Shown: positions 1 through 7,263 of the stretch, in pieces
Position numbering within the stretch: the stretch's first letter is position 1
How the letters are laid out: each line of letters opens with the position of its first letter
Assembly: GCA_036339735.1 (NCBI GenBank)
Contig: JAYZAL010000098.1
Location: 1-13,783 of the forward strand
Direction: 5' to 3'
From: Candidatus Poribacteria bacterium
Lineage (GTDB): Bacteria > Poribacteria > WGA-4E > UBA9662
Length of the DNA: 13,783 nucleotides
Notes under the pieces: generated by a model
Database searches by the model: none
What the model saw: only the letters and a program-made list of their open reading frames with translations
Told to the model about the DNA's origin: nothing
Program-made: the position numbers and the translations under genes

Positions 1-267
1 TCTATTTCTAGGAATTACACGACCAAGAGAAATCTTTAGGATGACTATTAAGCAGACTAAAATTATCAGAAATTGGGCAACGACTAGCAACCAATAAGGG
101 ACTGCTCCACTTTGCCAGTCTTCAAATGGCGGGAGAAAGCCAACAGGATAAAACTTTTGCAGGAGTTGTGAAAAGACACGAAAACAGAAAATTGACAGCA
201 AAGCTATCAATACTACTGAATATCGGGGATATTTGATGATCTGTTTTCCTTCCACAATTATTCTCAT
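1..267 (-). CDS. Conserved hypothetical membrane protein, 3'-partial (runs off the left edge; absent from the ORF track)
   Basis: Manual translation from ATG at 267-265 (alternative GTG at 255-253) gives 89 stop-free codons to position 1: MRIIVEGKQIIKYPRYSVVLIALLSIFCFRVFSQLLQKFYPVGFLPPFEDWQSGAVPYWLLVVAQFLIILVCLIVILKISLGRVIPRNR. Two hydrophobic segments flank a protein-like FLPPFEDWQSGAVPY loop. Confidence 0.8.
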   Translation of the reverse strand, partial: MRIIVEGKQIIKYPRYSVVLIALLSIFCFRVFSQLLQKFYPVGFLPPFEDWQSGAVPYWLLVVAQFLIILVCLIVILKISLGRVIPRNR

Positions 268-396
268 CTAGAACAGAATTGAACAGGATGAAGTTACAGC
301 TGGATCCCAATCTAGTTTCAACAATTCATTAGCATCTAAGATGCCAAAAGTCGCAAGTGAGATTAGAGGCTAACGAAAGTAGATATATTCGAACCA

Positions 397-443
397 TGAC
401 ACAGGAGGTGCAACACATTTGTTGCACTGCTACGCTAATGTCA
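397..443. promoter_or_regulatory. Inverted repeat / hairpin (candidate operator or structured leader element)
   Basis: Perfect 8-bp arms GTGCAACA (408-415) and TGTTGCAC (420-427) with a 4-nt loop, plus outer TGACA (397-401) / TGTCA (439-443). GC-richer than the surrounding AT-rich intergenic DNA. Confidence 0.4.
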
Positions 444-652
444 CACTAACAATTTTCTTATATGACAGTTAGCAAAATCAGAATATACTAGTTACCGTCG
501 AATAGCAATTTATTTATTACATTTCTATAGATCAGTTGTATTTTTTTACGGTAGGACACCTGCAAAAGGTAATAACTAATTTTAGGCCAACTCCAGACTA
601 TTTATTGTATGCAAATGAGATTACTAAGCATTCAACCCGTCTAGTACTGGAT

Positions 653-1135
653 TCAACTATCCAGGAATTTTTGACAGTCTTCAGATAACAACCAGTTCCT
701 TACACCTTCTAAAGTAGCCTGCTCCCAACCGCCTCTGATCCAAACTAATTCACGGTGTACAACCTGAAACTCTTGCCAAGTAAACCGTTTAGTTTTTGTC
801 GTTTTGGTTTTTGTGTTCAAATAATCATCTATTAGATCGCCGTGGCGGCCAATATAACCATTACCAAGTATTACAAATTTTCCTTTGACTGGTAAATCTG
901 TCAGATCAGAAAAAAGAGCCGACTCCACTAGATGATATCCAATCCCAAGAGTGTTTAAATGATGAGCGACCTCAAAAGCAGATTGGTTAATCGGATTTTG
1001 CAAAACGATGACAGATCGATCAGGTTGGTAATTAGCTAAATCAGCTGATTGCCACTCTAAATCAAATAAGCTTGTCGGTCGGCTGGAACTAATTAAATCT
1101 ACATTGAGCCTGGCGATAAGATTTACAACAAGCAA
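653..1135 (-). pseudogene. Hypothetical protein, probably the 5'-truncated C-terminal remnant of a larger gene
   Basis: 160-codon ORF with protein-like composition (e.g. KGKFVILGNGYIG, LVWIRGGWEQATLEGVRNWL). It has only a TTG start, no internal Met and no evident RBS. Its first 13 codons are the exact antisense of the DUF4268 remnant (1097-1135). Confidence 0.45.
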
Positions 1136-1335
1136 ATTTTTGATCGTCTTTACCAGAAAAAGAATGTGTTAGAACCTGCACTTGGATTTCCAATAACATG
1201 GGAGCGAATGGAAGGTAAGAAAGCTTGTCGTATTGAATCACGTCCAGATGGAATAGTACAATAGAGGAAATAACTGATCGAATGGTCCAGTTGGAAAAGA
1301 TCTTCTCTCCCTCCTTGACAGAAATATTATCTTAG
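1097..1335 (+). pseudogene. DUF4268-domain gene fragment (no start codon, internal frameshift/deletion)
   Basis: 1097..1264 reads IYIEPGDKIYNKQIFDRLYQKKNVLEPALGFPITWERMEGKKACRIESRPDG. A second frame, 1249..1335, reads WNSTIEEITDRMVQLEKIFSPSLTEILS*. Both match consecutive parts of the DUF4268 pattern as I recall it (LYI..GDK..NK.IFD.L...K..IE..FG..L.WER...K.ACRI ... W......D.M..LEK.F.P.L). An in-frame TAA lies at 1094-1096. Confidence 0.75.
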
Positions 1336-1344
1336 GCTTACACT
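1315..1344 (+). promoter_or_regulatory. Putative sigma70 promoter for the MscS gene
   Basis: TTGACA (1315-1320), 18-nt spacer, TACACT (1339-1344), about 90-105 nt upstream of the MscS start. Confidence 0.55.
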
Positions 1345-1434
1345 TTTCAGCCAATTCTCAAGGACAAATATTAAATCTAGAACGAGTTACTACCAGTTGA
1401 GTGAGGTTATCGAAACAACTGATTTTGTCTATTT

Positions 1435-2682
1435 GTGTTGGTTCAAAGTATGGAAGTATCTACTAATCAATGGATCCTGATTGGCCTAACTTGTCTGGGA
1501 TTGATTCTAATAGCGGCAGCTTATGCAATCGGTCGCCGGCTAATTTATCAAGCTCTTTTTCGCTTGTTGGATCTAGTCATAAAGGACGAAATTGAACATG
1601 AAGAACGTCAGCTATCAAACCGGTTAGCATTATTCGTCTCTATCCTGTGTCTTTCTGCTTATAGTAATTTTTTATTCGATCTAGTAATCTCTAGTCCAGT
1701 TCAGCAAATATTGGAAGGAGTTCTCGACAGTACGATTGATCTTCTACTAATTATTTGTATCAGTGCTAACTTTTTTGCCCTTCTCAATTTAACACACAAA
1801 ATTTACAGTTTTTCGCCTATTGCCGATGAAGTCCCAATAAAAGGGGTCGTTCAGGTAATCAAAATTGCCGTATTCTTTCTAACTGGTCTATTTGTCGTTG
1901 CCACTATTTTGCAGCAAAAAATAGCCGTTTTGCTGAGTGGGTTAGGCGCACTGAGTGCAGTTTTGATGTTGATTTTCAAAGATTCGGTTCTGGGCTTCGT
2001 TGCAGGTCTCCAATTAATCGCTAATCGGATGGTATCCAAAGGCGACTGGATAGAAATGCCGAAATATGGAGCTGACGGAGATGTCATTGATATTGCTTTA
2101 ACTACTGTCAAGGTGCAGAACTGGGATAAAACTATAACCACTATTCCGACTTATGCTCTAATCAGTGAGTCATTCAAAAATTGGCGCGGAATGAAAGAAT
2201 CAGGTGGTCGGCGAATCAAGCGGACCATCAATCTAGATCTGTCTAGTATCAAATTCTGTGATCAGAAAATGTTAGATCAATTTAGTAAAATTCAATACAT
2301 TGCAGAATATATCCAGCAAAAACAAGAAGAAGTTGATCAATATAACTCAGCTAATGGAGTGGATTCAGTAAGCTTAGTTAATGGTAGACGTTTAACAAAT
2401 GTGGGTACATTTCGAGCTTATGCTGAATCCTATTTACGTAATCACCCTGATATACACCAAAGTATGACTTTTCTGGTTAGACATAGACAACCAACGGAAC
2501 ACGGTCTACCTATTGAATTATATGTTTTTAGCAGTGATCAGGTTTGGGCCAATTATGAAAGTATACAAGCTGATATCTTTGACCATTTGCTGGCAGTAAT
2601 CCCTGAATTTAACTTGCGGGTATTCCAAGCACCTTCGAGCAGTGATTTTCGCAGTTTTTTATCAAATCAAGATCAGCTGTAA
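1435..2682 (+). CDS. ybdG: MscS-family mechanosensitive ion channel, YbdG (miniconductance) type
   Basis: N-terminal TM helices followed by signature segments LLSGLGALSAVLMLIFKDSVLGFVAGLQL, GDWIEMPKYGADGDVIDIALTTVKVQNWDKTITTIPTYALISESFKNWRGM, GGRRIKR, NGRRLTNVGTFRAY and YESIQADIFDHL. The true start may be ATG at 1450 rather than GTG at 1435. Confidence 0.93.
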   Translation: MLVQSMEVSTNQWILIGLTCLGLILIAAAYAIGRRLIYQALFRLLDLVIKDEIEHEERQLSNRLALFVSILCLSAYSNFLFDLVISSPVQQILEGVLDSTIDLLLIICISANFFALLNLTHKIYSFSPIADEVPIKGVVQVIKIAVFFLTGLFVVATILQQKIAVLLSGLGALSAVLMLIFKDSVLGFVAGLQLIANRMVSKGDWIEMPKYGADGDVIDIALTTVKVQNWDKTITTIPTYALISESFKNWRGMKESGGRRIKRTINLDLSSIKFCDQKMLDQFSKIQYIAEYIQQKQEEVDQYNSANGVDSVSLVNGRRLTNVGTFRAYAESYLRNHPDIHQSMTFLVRHRQPTEHGLPIELYVFSSDQVWANYESIQADIFDHLLAVIPEFNLRVFQAPSSSDFRSFLSNQDQL

Positions 2683-2722
2683 GCTCATTTCTGGCTTCTA
2701 TTAATTGATCTTTCTTCTCACT

Positions 2723-3601
2723 TTAGCCTGTAATTTCTAATTCCCAGTCTTTCCAATAATATTTAGCCGGGTCATCAGATTTCCAATCTTGGTAAATCTG
2801 TTCCCAATTTAACCATCCCATGTGGGGTAATAAGGAGTCTGCACGTACCGGATGGCTTCGTGGTTGGTAGCGAAAATCACAAGAGGCTCTAAGCTGATTG
2901 CCACTCAGATTATCACGACCTTGATGCACTGTTAAACTATGCAGAATAATCACATCTCCACAATTATAGTCTCCACCAACCCATATCTGATCATTTGAGA
3001 CTTCTACTTGTCGACCTCCTGGGCCAACAGCTTCTTTATCGTCTAATTTCCCCTGGCGGTGTGACCCCTTGGCTACTGCTAGACCTCCCAACATTTCTGG
3101 GCATTCCCCACAAGGTATCCATGCAGTCCACGTTTCGGTTGACCCACCAATATACAGATTATCTTGATGCGGTGGAGTTGAGTGGGAGGAAGAATTTGGA
3201 AAAACCAAACGACATATATTTCGGCTATGGGGAAGAACTTTTTCACCAAACAAGATTTCAAAAACTCGAATAATATTTTCATCGAGAGCTAATTGGTGAA
3301 ACTCTGACAACCTCTGTACATCTGCATAGAAATCTTGCCATCTTGGATCTCCGCCTTCTACTACCAATAAATCTAGGTTTGCTAACCCTTCGATGCAATT
3401 TGTGCCCGATTGGGTCCAGCCATGTTTCTCACAAATAGACATAACTTTTTGTCGAAGGTTGAGGACTTTAGTCGAATCTAGTAGATTAGAAAAAAACAAA
3501 TAACCATCTTGTGATGCTTGTTGTTGCAGCTCGGTTGGTTGATCAAGTAAATTAGTTGCGTCTCGTAGTGTTTCTAATCGGTTCATTTGTACCATTGCCA
3601 T
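2723..3601 (-). CDS. Phytanoyl-CoA dioxygenase (PhyH) family Fe(II)/2-oxoglutarate dioxygenase, PtlH-like
   Basis: DGYLFF N-terminal motif, HxD iron motif (TPPHQD), TWTAWIP, GGLAVAKGSH, distal His (HSLTVHQG) and 2OG-binding Arg (LRASCDFRYQ). RBS AAGGAG 8 nt upstream (3615-3610). Substrate unknown. Confidence 0.9.
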   Translation of the reverse strand: MAMVQMNRLETLRDATNLLDQPTELQQQASQDGYLFFSNLLDSTKVLNLRQKVMSICEKHGWTQSGTNCIEGLANLDLLVVEGGDPRWQDFYADVQRLSEFHQLALDENIIRVFEILFGEKVLPHSRNICRLVFPNSSSHSTPPHQDNLYIGGSTETWTAWIPCGECPEMLGGLAVAKGSHRQGKLDDKEAVGPGGRQVEVSNDQIWVGGDYNCGDVIILHSLTVHQGRDNLSGNQLRASCDFRYQPRSHPVRADSLLPHMGWLNWEQIYQDWKSDDPAKYYWKDWELEITG

Positions 3602-3784
3602 CAGTTTTTCTCCTTATTCTTTAACTCAATTCCGTCTAGATTTGGTCGAATATGTAATATCAAATCATGCAGATTAGTTTCGATATGAAACAGCAAATTT
3701 AGAAGTTTAACGATCCGTCCTATCAGACAAATCTCTGCATACAAAGCATTAAGAGTTCAGTTCAAGTATCACAAATAATTTATA

Positions 3785-4600
3785 TTATTTAAATTGGCAC
3801 CGAAAAAAGTCTTTTATGGAAGATGTATATTTATCAAATTGTTCTCGGCGAATGTTATGCCCTGCGGAAGAGATGTGATTAACTCGGAAGTTGTCATTAG
3901 TAGTCTTGACAGCTTCGGCTATCTCACTAGATACGATACCTCCTAGTTCTGTGTCTGAATATATCAATAAGCTAGAGCTAGCGATACGTTCAACATCAGT
4001 CTGCCAATCAAAAGGATGATCTATAAAATCAAAAGCTTCGAGATGAAACTGTTTTTTACTATTGGCCCAAGCTTCTATTTCAATTTCCGCCCAATTCGGA
4101 TTCTGTTGACGACCAAAATCCATAATCTCTTGTATTGATTTGGTTTTCGTCTCTACCATACTCTGATACCAATTATCTCGTCTTTCTTTTCTCTGTTGGT
4201 CAGTAACTTTGGTTTCTTTAAACCAAGGTGGATCTTCTAAAACAATTTTCCCCACTAAATGTGGAAAATTAGATGCAAGTGAAGATACGTTAGCAGCTCC
4301 CATTGAATGACCGATCAAATGCGGATGATCGAGTTCCAACCCTTCAATTAATCCAGCTAAATCTCGAGCGTGATCCACTTTGGAGTACCCTGATTTTGGA
4401 GCTTCAGAATGTCCATGACCACGAGCATCAATCATGATCACATTGAAATCTTCCATTAGATGATTGGCTAAACGCGTCCAACATAAACCATTGTCGGTAA
4501 TGCCATGAGCTAAAATCAGAGGAGTCAAATCTCCACCGGTTTGGTAATAATGAAGTTGAATTCCGTTGGTTTGAATATATTTGGATGACCAATTTGACAT
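3785..4600 (-). CDS. Alpha/beta-fold hydrolase (serine esterase/amidase-like)
   Basis: LILAHGITD oxyanion region, IDARGHGHS, nucleophile elbow GHSMG, VLEDPP and C-terminal catalytic His (AGHNIRRE). GGAG upstream (4615-4612). Confidence 0.92.
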   Translation of the reverse strand: MSNWSSKYIQTNGIQLHYYQTGGDLTPLILAHGITDNGLCWTRLANHLMEDFNVIMIDARGHGHSEAPKSGYSKVDHARDLAGLIEGLELDHPHLIGHSMGAANVSSLASNFPHLVGKIVLEDPPWFKETKVTDQQRKERRDNWYQSMVETKTKSIQEIMDFGRQQNPNWAEIEIEAWANSKKQFHLEAFDFIDHPFDWQTDVERIASSSLLIYSDTELGGIVSSEIAEAVKTTNDNFRVNHISSAGHNIRREQFDKYTSSIKDFFRCQFK

Positions 4601-4788
4601 TAATATGTTTACTCCACGAGTATGAGATGAAGGTTACGATTTATGTTTCGAGATACTTGACTGACAATCAAAATTTGCTATTGACTTCTTATCGGCCTAA
4701 TGGAAGTAGAAACAATTAGTAATCAATAGATTGCAAAATCCATATCTATAATTAGTCTATTATTGGTTGCTGGAATGAGTCTTTATAT

Positions 4789-5730
4789 CTATTTCTGTGG
4801 CCAATCCCAATTCAGTAAATCGTCACTCCAAGCTATCCCTAAAGATGCTTGCCCATGTGTTTCTTTGGGTTGAATATCGGTCGACACAGAACCATGGAAA
4901 AACATGACGAATTTACCGACTTCATCTACGTGCCGTAAGTCCAAGACGTGCCCAGCGGTGATACGGCCGGCAGCCCATTCCCATTCCTGCTGCCCAAAAG
5001 TTAGGAGTTGATGGTCGATCCAATCTTTCAAATTTTTGGATCTTTTAATACCAATCCCATTGCGCGGCGAATGAAATAATACGTACTCGTCGTTATCTAC
5101 AATTAGGCAAACATTTTCTCCAGAATCTATGTTACCTACGTATGTCCAGTTCTGCAAATCCTGGCTGCGTGACATACTGGCCCCATTTTGCTTGTAGAAA
5201 CACCACCACTTATTGGGTTGATCCTTATCTGCTAATAGGTATGGGTCAATCATGCGTCCCATATCTTCAATTGAAACATCTGGCCCTTTAACTTTGATGA
5301 GTTCAGGCTGAGACCAATTATCCAAATCACTGCTACATGCAGTGAAAAGTCGAGCAGTTTCGTCACCAAATCGATCTGTTTGGCTTTTCATGGGATAGGT
5401 TTGGAAACACAAAACCCATTCATCGTTGTATCGGATTATATTACCTGGACTAGAATAGTTTAATCGGTGATCTTTCGGTGTCAAAATACGAGGTTGACTC
5501 CAGTCAACCAAGTCTCGGCTGGTAGTCATGGCAACGAAAGAATAGTAAAAACCGTCGGATTCTTGCATAACAAGTGTATGGAAGACACGGAATAAACCGT
5601 TGTGATAATGACCTGCAGGGTCACGGTAGGCCATATAGTTGTCACCCGTCAAAAAATTAGCCTGCGGAATTGCTGACCAGTCAATTTTTGGTCCAATATT
5701 GATCGATGATTCGATCCAATTAGTAGTCAT
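4789..5730 (-). CDS. Five-bladed beta-propeller glycoside hydrolase (GH32/43/117/130-like fold; family not assignable by eye)
   Basis: N-terminal YRDPA, central MIDPYL and GENV acidic motifs. Repeated blade motifs SRDLVDW, SSDLDNW, SQDLQNW, SKNLKDW and SDDLLNW. No signal peptide. Starts 5 nt after the upstream stop codon. Confidence 0.8.
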   Translation of the reverse strand: MTTNWIESSINIGPKIDWSAIPQANFLTGDNYMAYRDPAGHYHNGLFRVFHTLVMQESDGFYYSFVAMTTSRDLVDWSQPRILTPKDHRLNYSSPGNIIRYNDEWVLCFQTYPMKSQTDRFGDETARLFTACSSDLDNWSQPELIKVKGPDVSIEDMGRMIDPYLLADKDQPNKWWCFYKQNGASMSRSQDLQNWTYVGNIDSGENVCLIVDNDEYVLFHSPRNGIGIKRSKNLKDWIDHQLLTFGQQEWEWAAGRITAGHVLDLRHVDEVGKFVMFFHGSVSTDIQPKETHGQASLGIAWSDDLLNWDWPQK

Positions 5731-5735
5731 AAAAC

Positions 5736-7169
5736 CTACTCCAAGACAAAGTTAGCTACCCAAGAATTCCATTCATGTCCTATATTATTACTCTTTAACA
5801 AAAATTCGTTTCTTCCTTTTTTAAGCTGTACCGGTATACGTATCGTTTCAAAGTTACTATCGTTCTGCCATGTTCCCACTAGTTGGCCATTAACCCAGAC
5901 TTTAAACCAATCATCGAAAGATAATCTTAGTGTCATATCCTTATCAACATCACTATCTAATATGGCACTAGCATACATAGAGCGGCCAGCGAAGTGTCCA
6001 GCATGTAACTGTGGGTCAATTCCAGAAAAACGAAAATCAATCCAACCACGATTGGCCGAAACCTTACGAATAAAGTACGTATCGTCAGAAAAATGGGCAG
6101 TCCACTGGTCTAAGGGGATGGATTCTATCTCTTCTGCAGTATTGAAATTATCCCAATCGTCACCATTTTCGTAAAACCCAGATATCAACCACTGTGTAGG
6201 TGTTACTACTGGTGATGATTCTGTATCTGGAACCTTGTAATAATAGGCTACAGTCTCAATTTCATCATCCCGTGAACCACAACTAAAAGAGATCGATGAA
6301 TCAAAGGCAATTGGGTCTGGACCGAAGAAGCGATAAATAACGCCATCTTGATCCAAATGGCCACCCCATTTGTGATAGGGCGATCCAATCCAACGTCCAT
6401 TTTTTACATGGAACCCCCAAGAAAAGCCAAAATCATCCTCCATATTGGTTCCTCTTATTACGTTGGGTTGATTTTCTCCGTCAATCAAGATTGACATCCC
6501 ACCAGTATGATAGATCATGTCGGTATAATTACGTTGCCTAGATCCTAGAACGACACCAGCCATGAAACCTGTTCCATCAACATCAGCGATTTGATAGGCA
6601 CTATTGCGAGCTGGTGCCGGTTTGTACAAGTGATGTTCAGCATGAAAGCGAAACGGTGTTAGTGAGCTATCATCTTCATATTGATGCCAATCAACCATTG
6701 TACAAACACTACCGTGTAGGCCATTCACTCGACCGTCAGGTGGCTGGTCTACATATAATCGAATACGACAAGATTGACTGAAGGGAATAGGTAACCAAAG
6801 ATTGTAGCCTGGATTACCTGGCATCTGTGGTGTTTCATAGTTTGGCAGGACGGTAAAGGCCGCATTATCGATGAAGTAAGGAGTCCAGTCATGCATGATG
6901 CCAAAAAATGACTTGAGTGGCATGTCGACTTGGGGCTTTTCTGCACCATCTACGGTAATTTCTATCCTTCTTCCTTTAGCAAACAAAAACCAGATGTGCC
7001 GTATACAACCAGCACCTTCAACATCAAATATATCAACGTAATAGGCTTCTGGTGTTGTTTTCGGAACCGTAGCCGTGTTGGTACGACGGGATTTGAATTT
7101 CATGGGCAACTGAATCATGGGGACTGCAGGGTCCTGCATTGTCCGGTTTTGGAAATAATCTGAGATCAT
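5736..7169 (-). CDS. DUF2961 / GH172-like protein with an additional C-terminal beta-sandwich (PA14 / galactose-binding-like) domain
   Basis: DUF2961-type motifs GAGCIRHIW, DGAEKPQVDMPLKSFFG, NLWLPIPFSQSCRI, FRFHA, DVDGTGFMAGV, IRGTNMEDDFGFSWG, YRFFGPDPIAFDSSI and TVAYYY. The C-terminal ~150 aa carries LRLSFDDWFKVWVNGQLV and VQLKKGRNEFLLK. RBS AAAGGA (7182-7177). Confidence 0.8.
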   Translation of the reverse strand: MISDYFQNRTMQDPAVPMIQLPMKFKSRRTNTATVPKTTPEAYYVDIFDVEGAGCIRHIWFLFAKGRRIEITVDGAEKPQVDMPLKSFFGIMHDWTPYFIDNAAFTVLPNYETPQMPGNPGYNLWLPIPFSQSCRIRLYVDQPPDGRVNGLHGSVCTMVDWHQYEDDSSLTPFRFHAEHHLYKPAPARNSAYQIADVDGTGFMAGVVLGSRQRNYTDMIYHTGGMSILIDGENQPNVIRGTNMEDDFGFSWGFHVKNGRWIGSPYHKWGGHLDQDGVIYRFFGPDPIAFDSSISFSCGSRDDEIETVAYYYKVPDTESSPVVTPTQWLISGFYENGDDWDNFNTAEEIESIPLDQWTAHFSDDTYFIRKVSANRGWIDFRFSGIDPQLHAGHFAGRSMYASAILDSDVDKDMTLRLSFDDWFKVWVNGQLVGTWQNDSNFETIRIPVQLKKGRNEFLLKSNNIGHEWNSWVANFVLE

Positions 7170-7263
7170 ACATGGTTCCTTTTAGTCAAACTGTTTGTTT
7201 TGTGGAGCTGGTTTGATTTGCAAACTTTCAGCCATCTAGAGAATGATTAGATACATAGACGAT

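Noticed and set aside
122..310. 62-aa ORF in the track
   Set aside because: Overlaps, in another frame, the far more protein-like membrane-protein frame 1..267.
2683..2722. Expected bidirectional terminator between the convergent mscS and phyH genes
   Set aside because: No convincing stem-loop in the 40-nt gap.
4674..4737. Loose inverted repeats (CTATTGA/TCAATAG and ACTTC/GAAGT) between the glycosidase and hydrolase genes
   Set aside because: Short, interrupted and AT-rich, so compatible with chance.
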